From an uncultured Clostridia bacterium (GTDB taxonomy: Bacteria > Bacillota > Clostridia > Tissierellales > DATGTQ01): 64,000 nucleotides of DNA. The DNA lies in assembly GCA_964447805.1 (NCBI GenBank), contig CAYUTQ010000010.1, forward strand, positions 66 to 64,065, read 5' to 3'. The position numbers were made by a program, and so were the translations under genes. Below the pieces are notes generated by a model that worked only from the letters and a program-made list of their open reading frames with translations, was not told the origin of the DNA and searched no databases. Positions 1 through 8,094 of the stretch are shown piece after piece (position 1 is the first letter of the stretch; every line of letters begins with the position of its first letter).

Positions 1-42
1 AAAAAATAATTCTTGCATTTAATTATCATAAGTTATTTAAAT

Positions 43-750
43 TTATTTATTCAAATCGACCAAAGGAGTTGAACCTATAGTTGCAAAATTTTTAAATATC
101 AGCTTATTTTGAAGTATTTTATCATCATTTTTTAAATCATAAACAAAATACTTCTCAAAATTAAGATCTTTTTCCCTACATTCATTAATCATATCTTCTA
201 CATTTTTTATACTATATTCTGGATGAAACTGAATTCCCCAAACTGGTAAATCTTTATATTGAAAGCCATGAACTGAACAATTACGATTTCTAGCTATTAT
301 ATTAAAATCTTCATTTAAATCAAATACTTCTTCATGATGTGCTACACAAAATACTGGATCTACTATTCCTTCAAACAATTCATTATTATCAATATCCACA
401 TTAACAAATCCTATTTCTTCTATATTAGCTTTTCTAATATGATTTACCCCTGCCAATACTTTCACAAGAAATTGATGTCCATAACATATTCCTAATATAG
501 CCTTTTTATTATTTACAAAATGCATTACTATTTCTTCAAGAATAGAATCCCATGAATTACCATCCACTGCAGATGCTCCAGATCCAGATATAATAAGATG
601 AGTGTATTTATTCAAACTAGATATTTTATCTGCTTCTTTTATTCTAAAAATTTCATATTTAATAAATAAATTTCTAAAATACTCCCCCATTGCTTCATTA
701 AAAATCCCAACACTTTTCTCTTCTAATAGACAATTTAATATTAATATCAT
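43..750 (-). CDS. Class I glutamine amidotransferase (GATase1 domain only, GuaA-like)
   Basis: 235 aa. Has the nucleophile-elbow motif GICYGHQ and a C-terminal QFHPE (Cys-His-Glu triad pattern). SD GGGGTGA lies upstream of the ATG at 750. Confidence 0.8.
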   Translation of the reverse strand: MILILNCLLEEKSVGIFNEAMGEYFRNLFIKYEIFRIKEADKISSLNKYTHLIISGSGASAVDGNSWDSILEEIVMHFVNNKKAILGICYGHQFLVKVLAGVNHIRKANIEEIGFVNVDIDNNELFEGIVDPVFCVAHHEEVFDLNEDFNIIARNRNCSVHGFQYKDLPVWGIQFHPEYSIKNVEDMINECREKDLNFEKYFVYDLKNDDKILQNKLIFKNFATIGSTPLVDLNK

Positions 751-948
751 ATTTAATCACCCCTTTTTCCCACATGTATACTTTACACAGCTTATTGCAA
801 CACAAAACATCTCTAGGATACCTTTAAATAATTTTTACCATAAACTATTAAAAATCTCATCAATATAGTATAATTAAATTTCAAAAATAATTCCAACATA
901 AAATTCAAAACATACTTTATAAATAATCTAAAATCACTACAAACAATT

Positions 949-988
949 AAAATGGATTTCCCTTCTTTATAAAAAGGAAATCCATTTT
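949..988 (-). terminator. Intrinsic terminator after csrA (bidirectional hairpin)
   Basis: 13-nt arms AAAATGGATTTCC / GGAAATCCATTTT (949-961, 976-988) with a 14-nt loop. T-runs follow the stem on both strands. Confidence 0.8.
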
Positions 989-1023
989 TATAACAAACCT
1001 GACAAATGAAACGTCTTGGCGAG

Positions 1024-1245
1024 TTATTTAAAAACTTTATTAATATTATTCAAATCTATATTACTTTCTGCTGCAGCTATGTTTTCTTCTTCAACACTAA
1101 AATACAATTCTTTTCTCAAAATTTCAATATCTTTGGGGGCTTCGATACCTATTTTTACTTTCCCTTCACTTATATCTAAAACCTTTATCTCTATATCATT
1201 TTCTATTATAATACTTTCATCTTTTTTTCTAGTTAAAATAAGCAT
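1024..1245 (-). CDS. csrA: Carbon storage regulator CsrA
   Basis: 73 aa, [14 protein letters not shown]...[18 protein letters not shown], a typical CsrA sequence. Sits directly after fliW as in B. subtilis. Confidence 0.95.
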   Translation of the reverse strand: MLILTRKKDESIIIENDIEIKVLDISEGKVKIGIEAPKDIEILRKELYFSVEEENIAAAESNIDLNNINKVFK

Positions 1246-1246
1246 A

Positions 1247-1708
1247 TTAAACCCCCTCGTTACTGACTTCTTCTTGAGATATTATATAATGTTTTGTCTT
1301 ATACCTATTATCATCAAGAATTATTTGCTTTCCAAGCTTTTCTTTTATATTTATAATTATTGGCCCTGCTAAATTAATTGTCATCTTTTTTATGTCTTTT
1401 GGCACTACTACTATACTATATACTACTACATCTTTTTGACTTTTTATTTTTAATTTTTCCACTATGGAATCTGGTATCTTTATATCATATTCTGGAAATA
1501 TAAAAAAAGGATTTATAATAATAAAAGAAAGATTAAAATTTCTTACTGACTGTAACCATTGAAAAGGACTTTCTTCATCTAAACTATTTATTATTACAAA
1601 TTCTTTTTCCTCTGAAAATCCAGGTAATCCCTCTGAAAATTTAATAATATCTTCTTTTTTTATGTCCATTTCACCAAAATATTTCGTCTCTATTTGCACT
1701 TCTTCCAC
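1247..1708 (-). CDS. fliW: Flagellar assembly factor FliW (CsrA antagonist)
   Basis: 153 aa. N-terminus is FliW-like (F.EGLPGF...F). There is a 1-nt gap to csrA, and it holds the conserved flgL-yviE-fliW-csrA position. Confidence 0.9.
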   Translation of the reverse strand: MEEVQIETKYFGEMDIKKEDIIKFSEGLPGFSEEKEFVIINSLDEESPFQWLQSVRNFNLSFIIINPFFIFPEYDIKIPDSIVEKLKIKSQKDVVVYSIVVVPKDIKKMTINLAGPIIINIKEKLGKQIILDDNRYKTKHYIISQEEVSNEGV

Positions 1709-1717
1709 CCCGCTTAA

Positions 1718-2134
1718 TTATATTTTTACATCAACTAATCTATCTAAAATCTGATTATGTTTATATTCTAACACATTTTCCTTAGAAAAATTTATTTTCC
1801 CCATTTCCCATTGGATTTTTAAATAACCATCTACTTCTATTTTTGGTCTACTCTTAGGTATAGTATCCAAATTAAATTCTTTTTCATTAAAAGTATTCTC
1901 TAGAGCTATTTCTGGTATAGCATCAGACATATTATTTTCAATATTTGCCATCCTATTGCCTTCATCTACTATTCTACCTATTCCCTGAAGTCCAGCCAAA
2001 TGAGCATATTTTGCTTCATCTTTAGAAAATTCAATAGGCCCTTTAAGTCCTGCTTCTTCAAAACACTGACTTTCATCTATATATACTTTTGGTAATTTTC
2101 TATCTATGTAAAGTTGAGGATATGTAATTCTCAT
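1718..2134 (-). CDS. YviE-like flagellar-operon protein (DUF6470-type), function unknown
   Basis: 138 aa. Called by position between flgL and fliW, as for B. subtilis yviE. SD AAGGACGGTGA. I recognise no catalytic motif. Confidence 0.5.
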   Translation of the reverse strand: MRITYPQLYIDRKLPKVYIDESQCFEEAGLKGPIEFSKDEAKYAHLAGLQGIGRIVDEGNRMANIENNMSDAIPEIALENTFNEKEFNLDTIPKSRPKIEVDGYLKIQWEMGKINFSKENVLEYKHNQILDRLVDVKI

Positions 2135-2155
2135 AATTTCACCGTCCTTAATTTT

Positions 2156-2197
2156 TTAATATCATAGCCACCACAATTGTGGTGGCTATGATATTAA
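2156..2197. repeat. Perfect 42-nt palindrome between flgL and the yviE-like gene
   Basis: TTAATATCATAGCCACCACAA|TTGTGGTGGCTATGATATTAA. Arms checked base by base. No U-run follows on the minus strand. Confidence 0.9.
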
Positions 2198-2203
2198 TTA
2201 TAT

Positions 2204-3181
2204 TTATCTTAAAAAATCTACGAGACTAGGCTGAATAATTCTCGCACCTGTAGCAAGACTTGCTCTATACACACTCTCTGCCATTTTGAGTTCTATTGCA
2301 ATTTTGGTTAAATCTACATTTTCATTATAAGATAATAATTCATCTATATTTAAATTTTGATCCTCTAATTTTTTCTGAGTTAATTCTAGCCTATTCATTT
2401 TTGCACCTATTTTTGCTTCTACTGCAAGAGTTTGTTCCATACATACTTCAATTCTCTCTATAGTATTTTGAAATTCTTCACTATCATTATTTCCCAAAGC
2501 TGCTTCAAATTTATCAAAAACATCTATTAAATAAGCTTTATCTCCTTCCTCAACATCTCCTTCAAAATCTGGTATTTGCAATTTACCATCTTCATCATGT
2601 ACTGCTATACCAAAAACACTACCACCTAAAGTATTTACTTTTACTTTTTCTGACACACCTATATTGTATTCAAATATTTCTCTCTTTTTATCATTATCTA
2701 TATCATCATTCATTATCAATTCTACATTATAAGTCCCATCATCATTTAATAATTTTTGATCTGTTTTATGCCCACTAAACACGTGTCTTCCTGCATAAGT
2801 AGAGTTTGATATTTGTATTAAGTGATTTTTCATTTCTCTAACTTCTTCTCGTATTTTTATTAAATCATCATCTGAATAAGTATCATTAGCTGCTTCTATT
2901 GAAATATCTTTCATCCTTTTTAATACTTTATTAATTCCCATCAATGCTGTTTCCGTCTCATTCATCCAAGAATAAGCATCCTTTGCATTTTTATAATATT
3001 GATTTATTTTTGAAATATCTGTATTGTACTTTAAACTTTTACTTGCCCCTATTGGATCATCAGATGGCACCCGAAATTTTTTCCCTGTTGCCTGTTGATA
3101 TTGAAGTAATTCCATTCTTTTTAAATTTTCATTTAAATTATATATAAGATTATTTGTTAACATATTATTTGTAACTCTCAC
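2204..3181 (-). CDS. flgL: Flagellar hook-associated protein 3 FlgL
   Basis: 325 aa. N-terminus is flagellin-like (MRVTNNML...SDDPIGA) and the C-terminus reads ASLATGARIIQPSLVDFLR. Follows flgK. Confidence 0.9.
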   Translation of the reverse strand: MRVTNNMLTNNLIYNLNENLKRMELLQYQQATGKKFRVPSDDPIGASKSLKYNTDISKINQYYKNAKDAYSWMNETETALMGINKVLKRMKDISIEAANDTYSDDDLIKIREEVREMKNHLIQISNSTYAGRHVFSGHKTDQKLLNDDGTYNVELIMNDDIDNDKKREIFEYNIGVSEKVKVNTLGGSVFGIAVHDEDGKLQIPDFEGDVEEGDKAYLIDVFDKFEAALGNNDSEEFQNTIERIEVCMEQTLAVEAKIGAKMNRLELTQKKLEDQNLNIDELLSYNENVDLTKIAIELKMAESVYRASLATGARIIQPSLVDFLR

Positions 3182-3210
3182 AAAAATCCCACCTTTATTT
3201 AAAAACTTCT

Positions 3211-4605
3211 TTATCTACCTACCATTCCCAATCTATTAATAGTCACATCTAATATTATATCTAAAGTATTTATCATTTTTGCCGATGCCACATATGCATG
3301 TTGAAAGTTGATTAATTTACCTATTTCCTCCTCTAGGGATACTCCTTGTATAGATTCTCTACTCTTTTCAATATTCTTTAATATTACCTTCTGAGAATCA
3401 CTCATTCTTTTAGCTTGCATACTATCTACTGATAAACTTGAAAGTATTGATTTAATAAAATCATCACCTACAAAATCTTTATTCTCCCTTAAAGCTATTA
3501 ATTTGAGCAAATTTCCATTATCTTCTGCATTATTAGAAAATTCTCCTGCTGCTATATTATCTAAACTTTCAAATATATCATATGAAAGGGTCAATGTAGC
3601 AGCACCAGGTGTCCCTTGAAAATTAAAGAAATTTACTCCAACTCCTTTAGGGGTATATCCTTTTCTATGAACTTCATTGAACTTTTCTGCAAACCCTATG
3701 GCAAATTCATCTAATCTTTTTTGATAAAAAGGTATTCCTCTATAACTATTGTCCTCTCCATCTCCCGTAAGTATATCCATCAGGCCTTTCAATTCTCCAG
3801 TTTTTAAATCAACTATATTCCCATCTTCCCACTTAAGTTCTTTCTGACCTTGTGGATCTTCTTTTGGTGCTTTGTATTCTATCCTACATGTATAATCATG
3901 ATTTATAAGAGTAACACCACTGACACTTATTTTACATTTTCCATCTTCTGATTCATATAACTTTACATTGACTATTTCCGAAAGTTCATCTATTAAAATT
4001 TCCCTTTGATCTCTCAAATCATTAGCAGATCTCCCATCTATTTCAAGAGCATATATTTGCCTATTCAATGACACAATTTGGTCAGCTAAATCATTTATCA
4101 TTGTAACTTTTGTTTCTACAGAATAATCTACCTCTTCTTTCATATTATCTAATCGAAAAGCTGTTTCATTTATATGTTTAGTTAGAGCATAAGCTGTTTC
4201 TCTTACTGGTTCCCTATAAGAATGATCGGATGGATTTGTAGACATTTCATCTAATGCTGAAAAGAAATCATCTAAATATTTTCTAAAACTATTATTAGAA
4301 GGCTCACCCATAAGTTTTTCTATTTCTAATAAATTTTCTCTCTTAATTTTCCATTCTCCCATAGGAGCATTTTCATTCCAATATTTAAAATCCACATAAG
4401 AATCCCTAACCCTTATTACATCATATATTTCTGTGCCTGTCCCCAAAAAACCTACTCCAGGTATGGCATAAGGAGTTGTTGCCTTCTGCAATGCTTTTTG
4501 TCTAGAATATCCTTTATTATTTACATTATTTATATTATGGTTAGTAGTATATAAAGACCTTTGACTAGCAAGAAGGCCTTTTACTGCCGTATTAAAACCA
4601 TACAT
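3211..4605 (-). CDS. flgK: Flagellar hook-associated protein 1, second FlgK paralogue
   Basis: 464 aa. Has the FlgK N-terminal rod/hook motif (TTNHNINNVNNKGYSRQ) and FlgK C-terminus (SLEEEIGKLINFQHAYVASAKMI...RLGMVGR). Confidence 0.8.
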   Translation of the reverse strand: MYGFNTAVKGLLASQRSLYTTNHNINNVNNKGYSRQKALQKATTPYAIPGVGFLGTGTEIYDVIRVRDSYVDFKYWNENAPMGEWKIKRENLLEIEKLMGEPSNNSFRKYLDDFFSALDEMSTNPSDHSYREPVRETAYALTKHINETAFRLDNMKEEVDYSVETKVTMINDLADQIVSLNRQIYALEIDGRSANDLRDQREILIDELSEIVNVKLYESEDGKCKISVSGVTLINHDYTCRIEYKAPKEDPQGQKELKWEDGNIVDLKTGELKGLMDILTGDGEDNSYRGIPFYQKRLDEFAIGFAEKFNEVHRKGYTPKGVGVNFFNFQGTPGAATLTLSYDIFESLDNIAAGEFSNNAEDNGNLLKLIALRENKDFVGDDFIKSILSSLSVDSMQAKRMSDSQKVILKNIEKSRESIQGVSLEEEIGKLINFQHAYVASAKMINTLDIILDVTINRLGMVGR

Positions 4606-4631
4606 GTTTTATTCAATCCTTTCATAAAAAT

Positions 4632-6107
4632 TTATCTACCTACAAGTCCTGTTCTTGTTACTATTGTTTCAATCATTTCATCAATAGCATTTATCACTCT
4701 ACTATTTGCAATATAAGAGTGTTGATATTGTAACATAAAAGCCATTTCTTCATCTAACGACACATCTGATATGGTCTTTCTTCTATCATCTATTTGTTTT
4801 AACAATATTCCTTGGTTTAATTCTATTTTATTAGCCTTATTTCTTTCTACTCCTATACTTATAATTAAATCTCTATAAAATTCATCTATACCTATAGACT
4901 TTCCTGTATCTTCTAATATATCATTATATATATCTTTTCCATACTCATCATAATTTAAAAATATATGTTTATCCCTTATTTCTAATATCTTCTTTGCTAT
5001 TTCTCCATCACCTATTGCACCCGTTTCAGATGCAGCTATTCTATCAACATCTATTAGAATAGGATTAACTCTTATATTAGATGCATCTATTTCTTCTTCA
5101 TTTTCTGGTATAAAAAACTTAATACCCGTTTCGCCTCTTAAATTTGTTCCTTTCTCATGAATTTTGTTTACTTCTATTGCCAAAGTTTGGACCATTATAT
5201 TTAATCTTCTCTTATATTCATCTACAGCTTTATCTCTAGTAGCTATATATCCTCCTAATTCTCCCCTTTCTCCTAAATCTATTGGATCTTTAGTATCAGA
5301 CCAATAAATATTTCCGAATCCTCTATTATCATATTCAATTTTTATAGGATTAATATAACTACCATTAACTAAACTCCTACCAAACAAAGAAACTACTATC
5401 TCTGAATTGTTATTTTCATAATATCTTACTGGTATTAACTGAGAAAGTCTATCTAATTGTTGATTCCTAGTATCTCGATAATCATTGGCCTGCACATAAT
5501 GTCCATATGCTTCTGCCAATTTTATTTTATTATTTATATCTGCTATTCCTTTCAAAATATTATTTATCTCTTCCACTTTACTTATTATTTCTCTATTTAA
5601 ATTAAATTGAAGATTATCTAATTGAGTATAAATATGATTTACTGTTTCTGTAAAAGCTACTCCACTTTCATGAAACATACTTCTTACTGTTAAACTATCC
5701 GGTTCTTTATTCAGTTCATCTAAATTTTCCCAAAGACTTCTTAATATGTTTTGAAGTCCATTTTTAGATCCTTCATCTACTACATCTTTAGGACCTTCAT
5801 TAAATATTGACTCAATTTCACCATATATTCTATTATTAGCCTTCCAATATCCATAAAACTCTAATTCACTTCTAAATTTTAAATCTAAAAATTCATCTCT
5901 TATTTGCCTAATCTCTTCAACTTTTACTCCTGAGCCTAATTGATATTTCCCATCTGGGCTCTTAGTATATGTACTAGAGGCATGTATTGCACTTTGCCTA
6001 GTATAGCTAGGGTTATTTACATTAGAAATATTATGAGATACTGTATCTAAAGCTTTTTTATTAGCATATATTCCAGAAATGGAAATATACAATCCTCCAA
6101 AACTCAT
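4632..6107 (-). CDS. flgK: Flagellar hook-associated protein 1 FlgK
   Basis: 491 aa. N-terminus ALDTVSHNISNVNNPSYTRQ and C-terminus SLDEEMAFMLQYQHSYIANSRVI...RTGLVGR. Confidence 0.9.
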   Translation of the reverse strand: MSFGGLYISISGIYANKKALDTVSHNISNVNNPSYTRQSAIHASSTYTKSPDGKYQLGSGVKVEEIRQIRDEFLDLKFRSELEFYGYWKANNRIYGEIESIFNEGPKDVVDEGSKNGLQNILRSLWENLDELNKEPDSLTVRSMFHESGVAFTETVNHIYTQLDNLQFNLNREIISKVEEINNILKGIADINNKIKLAEAYGHYVQANDYRDTRNQQLDRLSQLIPVRYYENNNSEIVVSLFGRSLVNGSYINPIKIEYDNRGFGNIYWSDTKDPIDLGERGELGGYIATRDKAVDEYKRRLNIMVQTLAIEVNKIHEKGTNLRGETGIKFFIPENEEEIDASNIRVNPILIDVDRIAASETGAIGDGEIAKKILEIRDKHIFLNYDEYGKDIYNDILEDTGKSIGIDEFYRDLIISIGVERNKANKIELNQGILLKQIDDRRKTISDVSLDEEMAFMLQYQHSYIANSRVINAIDEMIETIVTRTGLVGR

Positions 6108-6109
6108 AT

Positions 6110-6580
6110 CTACACCTTCCTATCAAATAATGAATTATTTAATATTTTTCTTTCATCATCTTTTTTGTAAGTCGTAGGTACTTTCGTGTTGGTCAATAAA
6201 TTTACATTAAAATCAATCCATTCCAAAGAATCTTTTAACAGTTGACTATTTAATTGATTTCGAATACCTATTTCTTCAAGTACCTTAGTTAATTCTAATA
6301 CTACTTCCTCTAAATCATGAGTCTCTTCTGGTATTTTATATATTATTTTAGAAAGAGGAATTGTCTTTTTTATACCCCATTGATCTAAAAGTTTCTGCCT
6401 ATTCTCTTCTAACGTTCCCATTCTATTAATTAAATCTTCTTCTCTTTCAGTTATTTTCTTAAGACTTTCTACTTCTCCTCCAACTAACAAGTCAGTTTTT
6501 TTCAATGTTATATCTAATAAATTTTTACACACTTTTAATTCCTCTTTAAGAAGTTCCATTAATTCTTCTTTAAATGTCAT
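6110..6580 (-). CDS. flgN: FlgN-family flagellar chaperone (YvyG-like)
   Basis: 156 aa helical protein lying between flgM and flgK, as in B. subtilis flgM-yvyG-flgK. Confidence 0.7.
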   Translation of the reverse strand: MTFKEELMELLKEELKVCKNLLDITLKKTDLLVGGEVESLKKITEREEDLINRMGTLEENRQKLLDQWGIKKTIPLSKIIYKIPEETHDLEEVVLELTKVLEEIGIRNQLNSQLLKDSLEWIDFNVNLLTNTKVPTTYKKDDERKILNNSLFDRKV

Positions 6581-6594
6581 AATTTCACCGCCAA

Positions 6595-6879
6595 TTATAT
6601 TCGTTTATCAAAATTTGCCTTTTCAAATATTTTTTCAACTATCTTTCTTTCATCTATTTTATAAATTCCTGTTTTAATTTCTTCCTTTATTTTATCAACT
6701 TTGTCTTTTCTTATATCTGGAATTTCTTTTATCTTGTGTATAGCATACTGATATTCTATTGCTCTCTCAGAAAGTTTTAATTGATCTTTTGCTTTCCCCA
6801 TTTTCATTTTGTCATTCTTTTTTACACTTAAATTATTGTTGTATATCTTAATTAAGTTATTAATATTGTTTATTTTCAT
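6595..6879 (-). CDS. flgM: Anti-sigma-28 factor FlgM
   Basis: Small basic protein with a C-terminus (VDKIKEEIKTGIYKIDERKIVEKI) typical of FlgM. The ATG at 6879 has SD GGGGTG 7 nt upstream. The GTG at 6894 in the ORF track lies inside that SD. Confidence 0.85.
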   Translation of the reverse strand: MKINNINNLIKIYNNNLSVKKNDKMKMGKAKDQLKLSERAIEYQYAIHKIKEIPDIRKDKVDKIKEEIKTGIYKIDERKIVEKIFEKANFDKRI

Positions 6880-6911
6880 AACAAAACACCCCACTTTACT
6901 TTCTGATATTA

Positions 6912-6938
6912 TTATCGGTAAAATAGGGTGTATCTTTA
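6912..6938 (-). promoter_or_regulatory. Sigma-D (sigma-28) type promoter upstream of flgM
   Basis: Minus strand reads TAAA-N15-ACCGATAA, against the consensus TAAA-N15-GCCGATAT. Lies in the yvyF-flgM gap. Confidence 0.6.
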
Positions 6939-6945
6939 GATTTTT

Positions 6946-7374
6946 TTATTTTTCTCTATACTTATCAATTATCCTAATTCTTTCCTTTACTCTACCTTCT
7001 CCCATTCCCACAGAATTACTTGCTTTTCCTATAGACTTTTTCATTTCTCTCTGCATTTCTACTATGCATTTTTTGCAAAATCTTCCGCTTTTAATAGGTT
7101 TACCACATCTCTCACAGTCCAGCAAAATATTAGAATCATCTGTAATTTCTAATCTTCCTTGCCTCAAAAATTCTATTATTTTACTAGCTTCTACTTCAGT
7201 TTCTTCGGATATTTCATTTGTATTTGCTCCTGGATTTTCATCTATATATTTTTTTACCCTTTGAAAATCATCCTCATCTTTTCGTCTACATTTTAAACAT
7301 ATATCAAAACCATCATAAACATATATACTACCACATCTTGAACAATTTCTAATATTCGCACCCACATATATCAC
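6946..7374 (-). CDS. YvyF-like flagellar-region zinc-ribbon protein
   Basis: 142 aa. N-terminal CSRCG...CLKC and C-terminal CERCG...CKKC pairs. Holds the comF-yvyF-flgM position as in B. subtilis. Confidence 0.75.
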   Translation of the reverse strand: MIYVGANIRNCSRCGSIYVYDGFDICLKCRRKDEDDFQRVKKYIDENPGANTNEISEETEVEASKIIEFLRQGRLEITDDSNILLDCERCGKPIKSGRFCKKCIVEMQREMKKSIGKASNSVGMGEGRVKERIRIIDKYREK

Positions 7375-7420
7375 CCCTTATCTGTAAAATCATAAGAACA
7401 AAATCAGAAATTATTCTTAT

Positions 7421-8086
7421 CTACCACTTTCTCCCTGAAGCAATAGCTAAACCATAAACTTGTTTTGCTCCTTTTTCCATTAATATTTGACTACATAGTT
7501 TCATAGTGATTCCTGTAGTAATAATATCGTCTATTAATAAAATTTTTTTACCTACAAATTCTTTATCTTTTTTTATGTAAAAAGCATTTTCTAAATTTTT
7601 TATTCGTTGAGTTTTATTTAATTTATTTTGAGAAGTAGTCCATTTTTTACGTATCAAATTTCCCTTAGATAGAGAAATGTCCAATTTATTTCCAATGTAT
7701 TTTGCTATTAACTCCGATTGATCATAACCTCTAAGAGCTTTTTTTCTTCTATGAATTGGAACATAAGTTATAATATCTATATTTTCATTGTCAAATTTTT
7801 CTTCTATTGTATTAACAAGTATTGCTCCTAATGGCTTATAAAGATAATTTTTACCATAGTATTTGTACTCATATATTTTTCTTTTTATAAAATTGTTATA
7901 AAACAAAGAATAAACTATTTTTCCTATATATGAACAATCTATTTTTATTTCTTCATTTAAATATTCCAATTTATTTTTGCAATTATCACATAAAAAATCA
8001 GTTATATTCCCTTTATTATCATTACAAAAAAAACATATATTTTCATTTGGAAAAAGTATATTATTCAACCCCTTAATAATACTCAT
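7421..8086 (-). CDS. comFC: ComF family protein (ComFC, phosphoribosyltransferase-like)
   Basis: 221 aa. N-terminal Cys4 (CFFC...CDNC) and a PRPP-binding loop ILLIDDIITTGIT. Confidence 0.85.
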   Translation of the reverse strand: MSIIKGLNNILFPNENICFFCNDNKGNITDFLCDNCKNKLEYLNEEIKIDCSYIGKIVYSLFYNNFIKRKIYEYKYYGKNYLYKPLGAILVNTIEEKFDNENIDIITYVPIHRRKKALRGYDQSELIAKYIGNKLDISLSKGNLIRKKWTTSQNKLNKTQRIKNLENAFYIKKDKEFVGKKILLIDDIITTGITMKLCSQILMEKGAKQVYGLAIASGRKW

Positions 8087-8094
8087 AATTCCTC

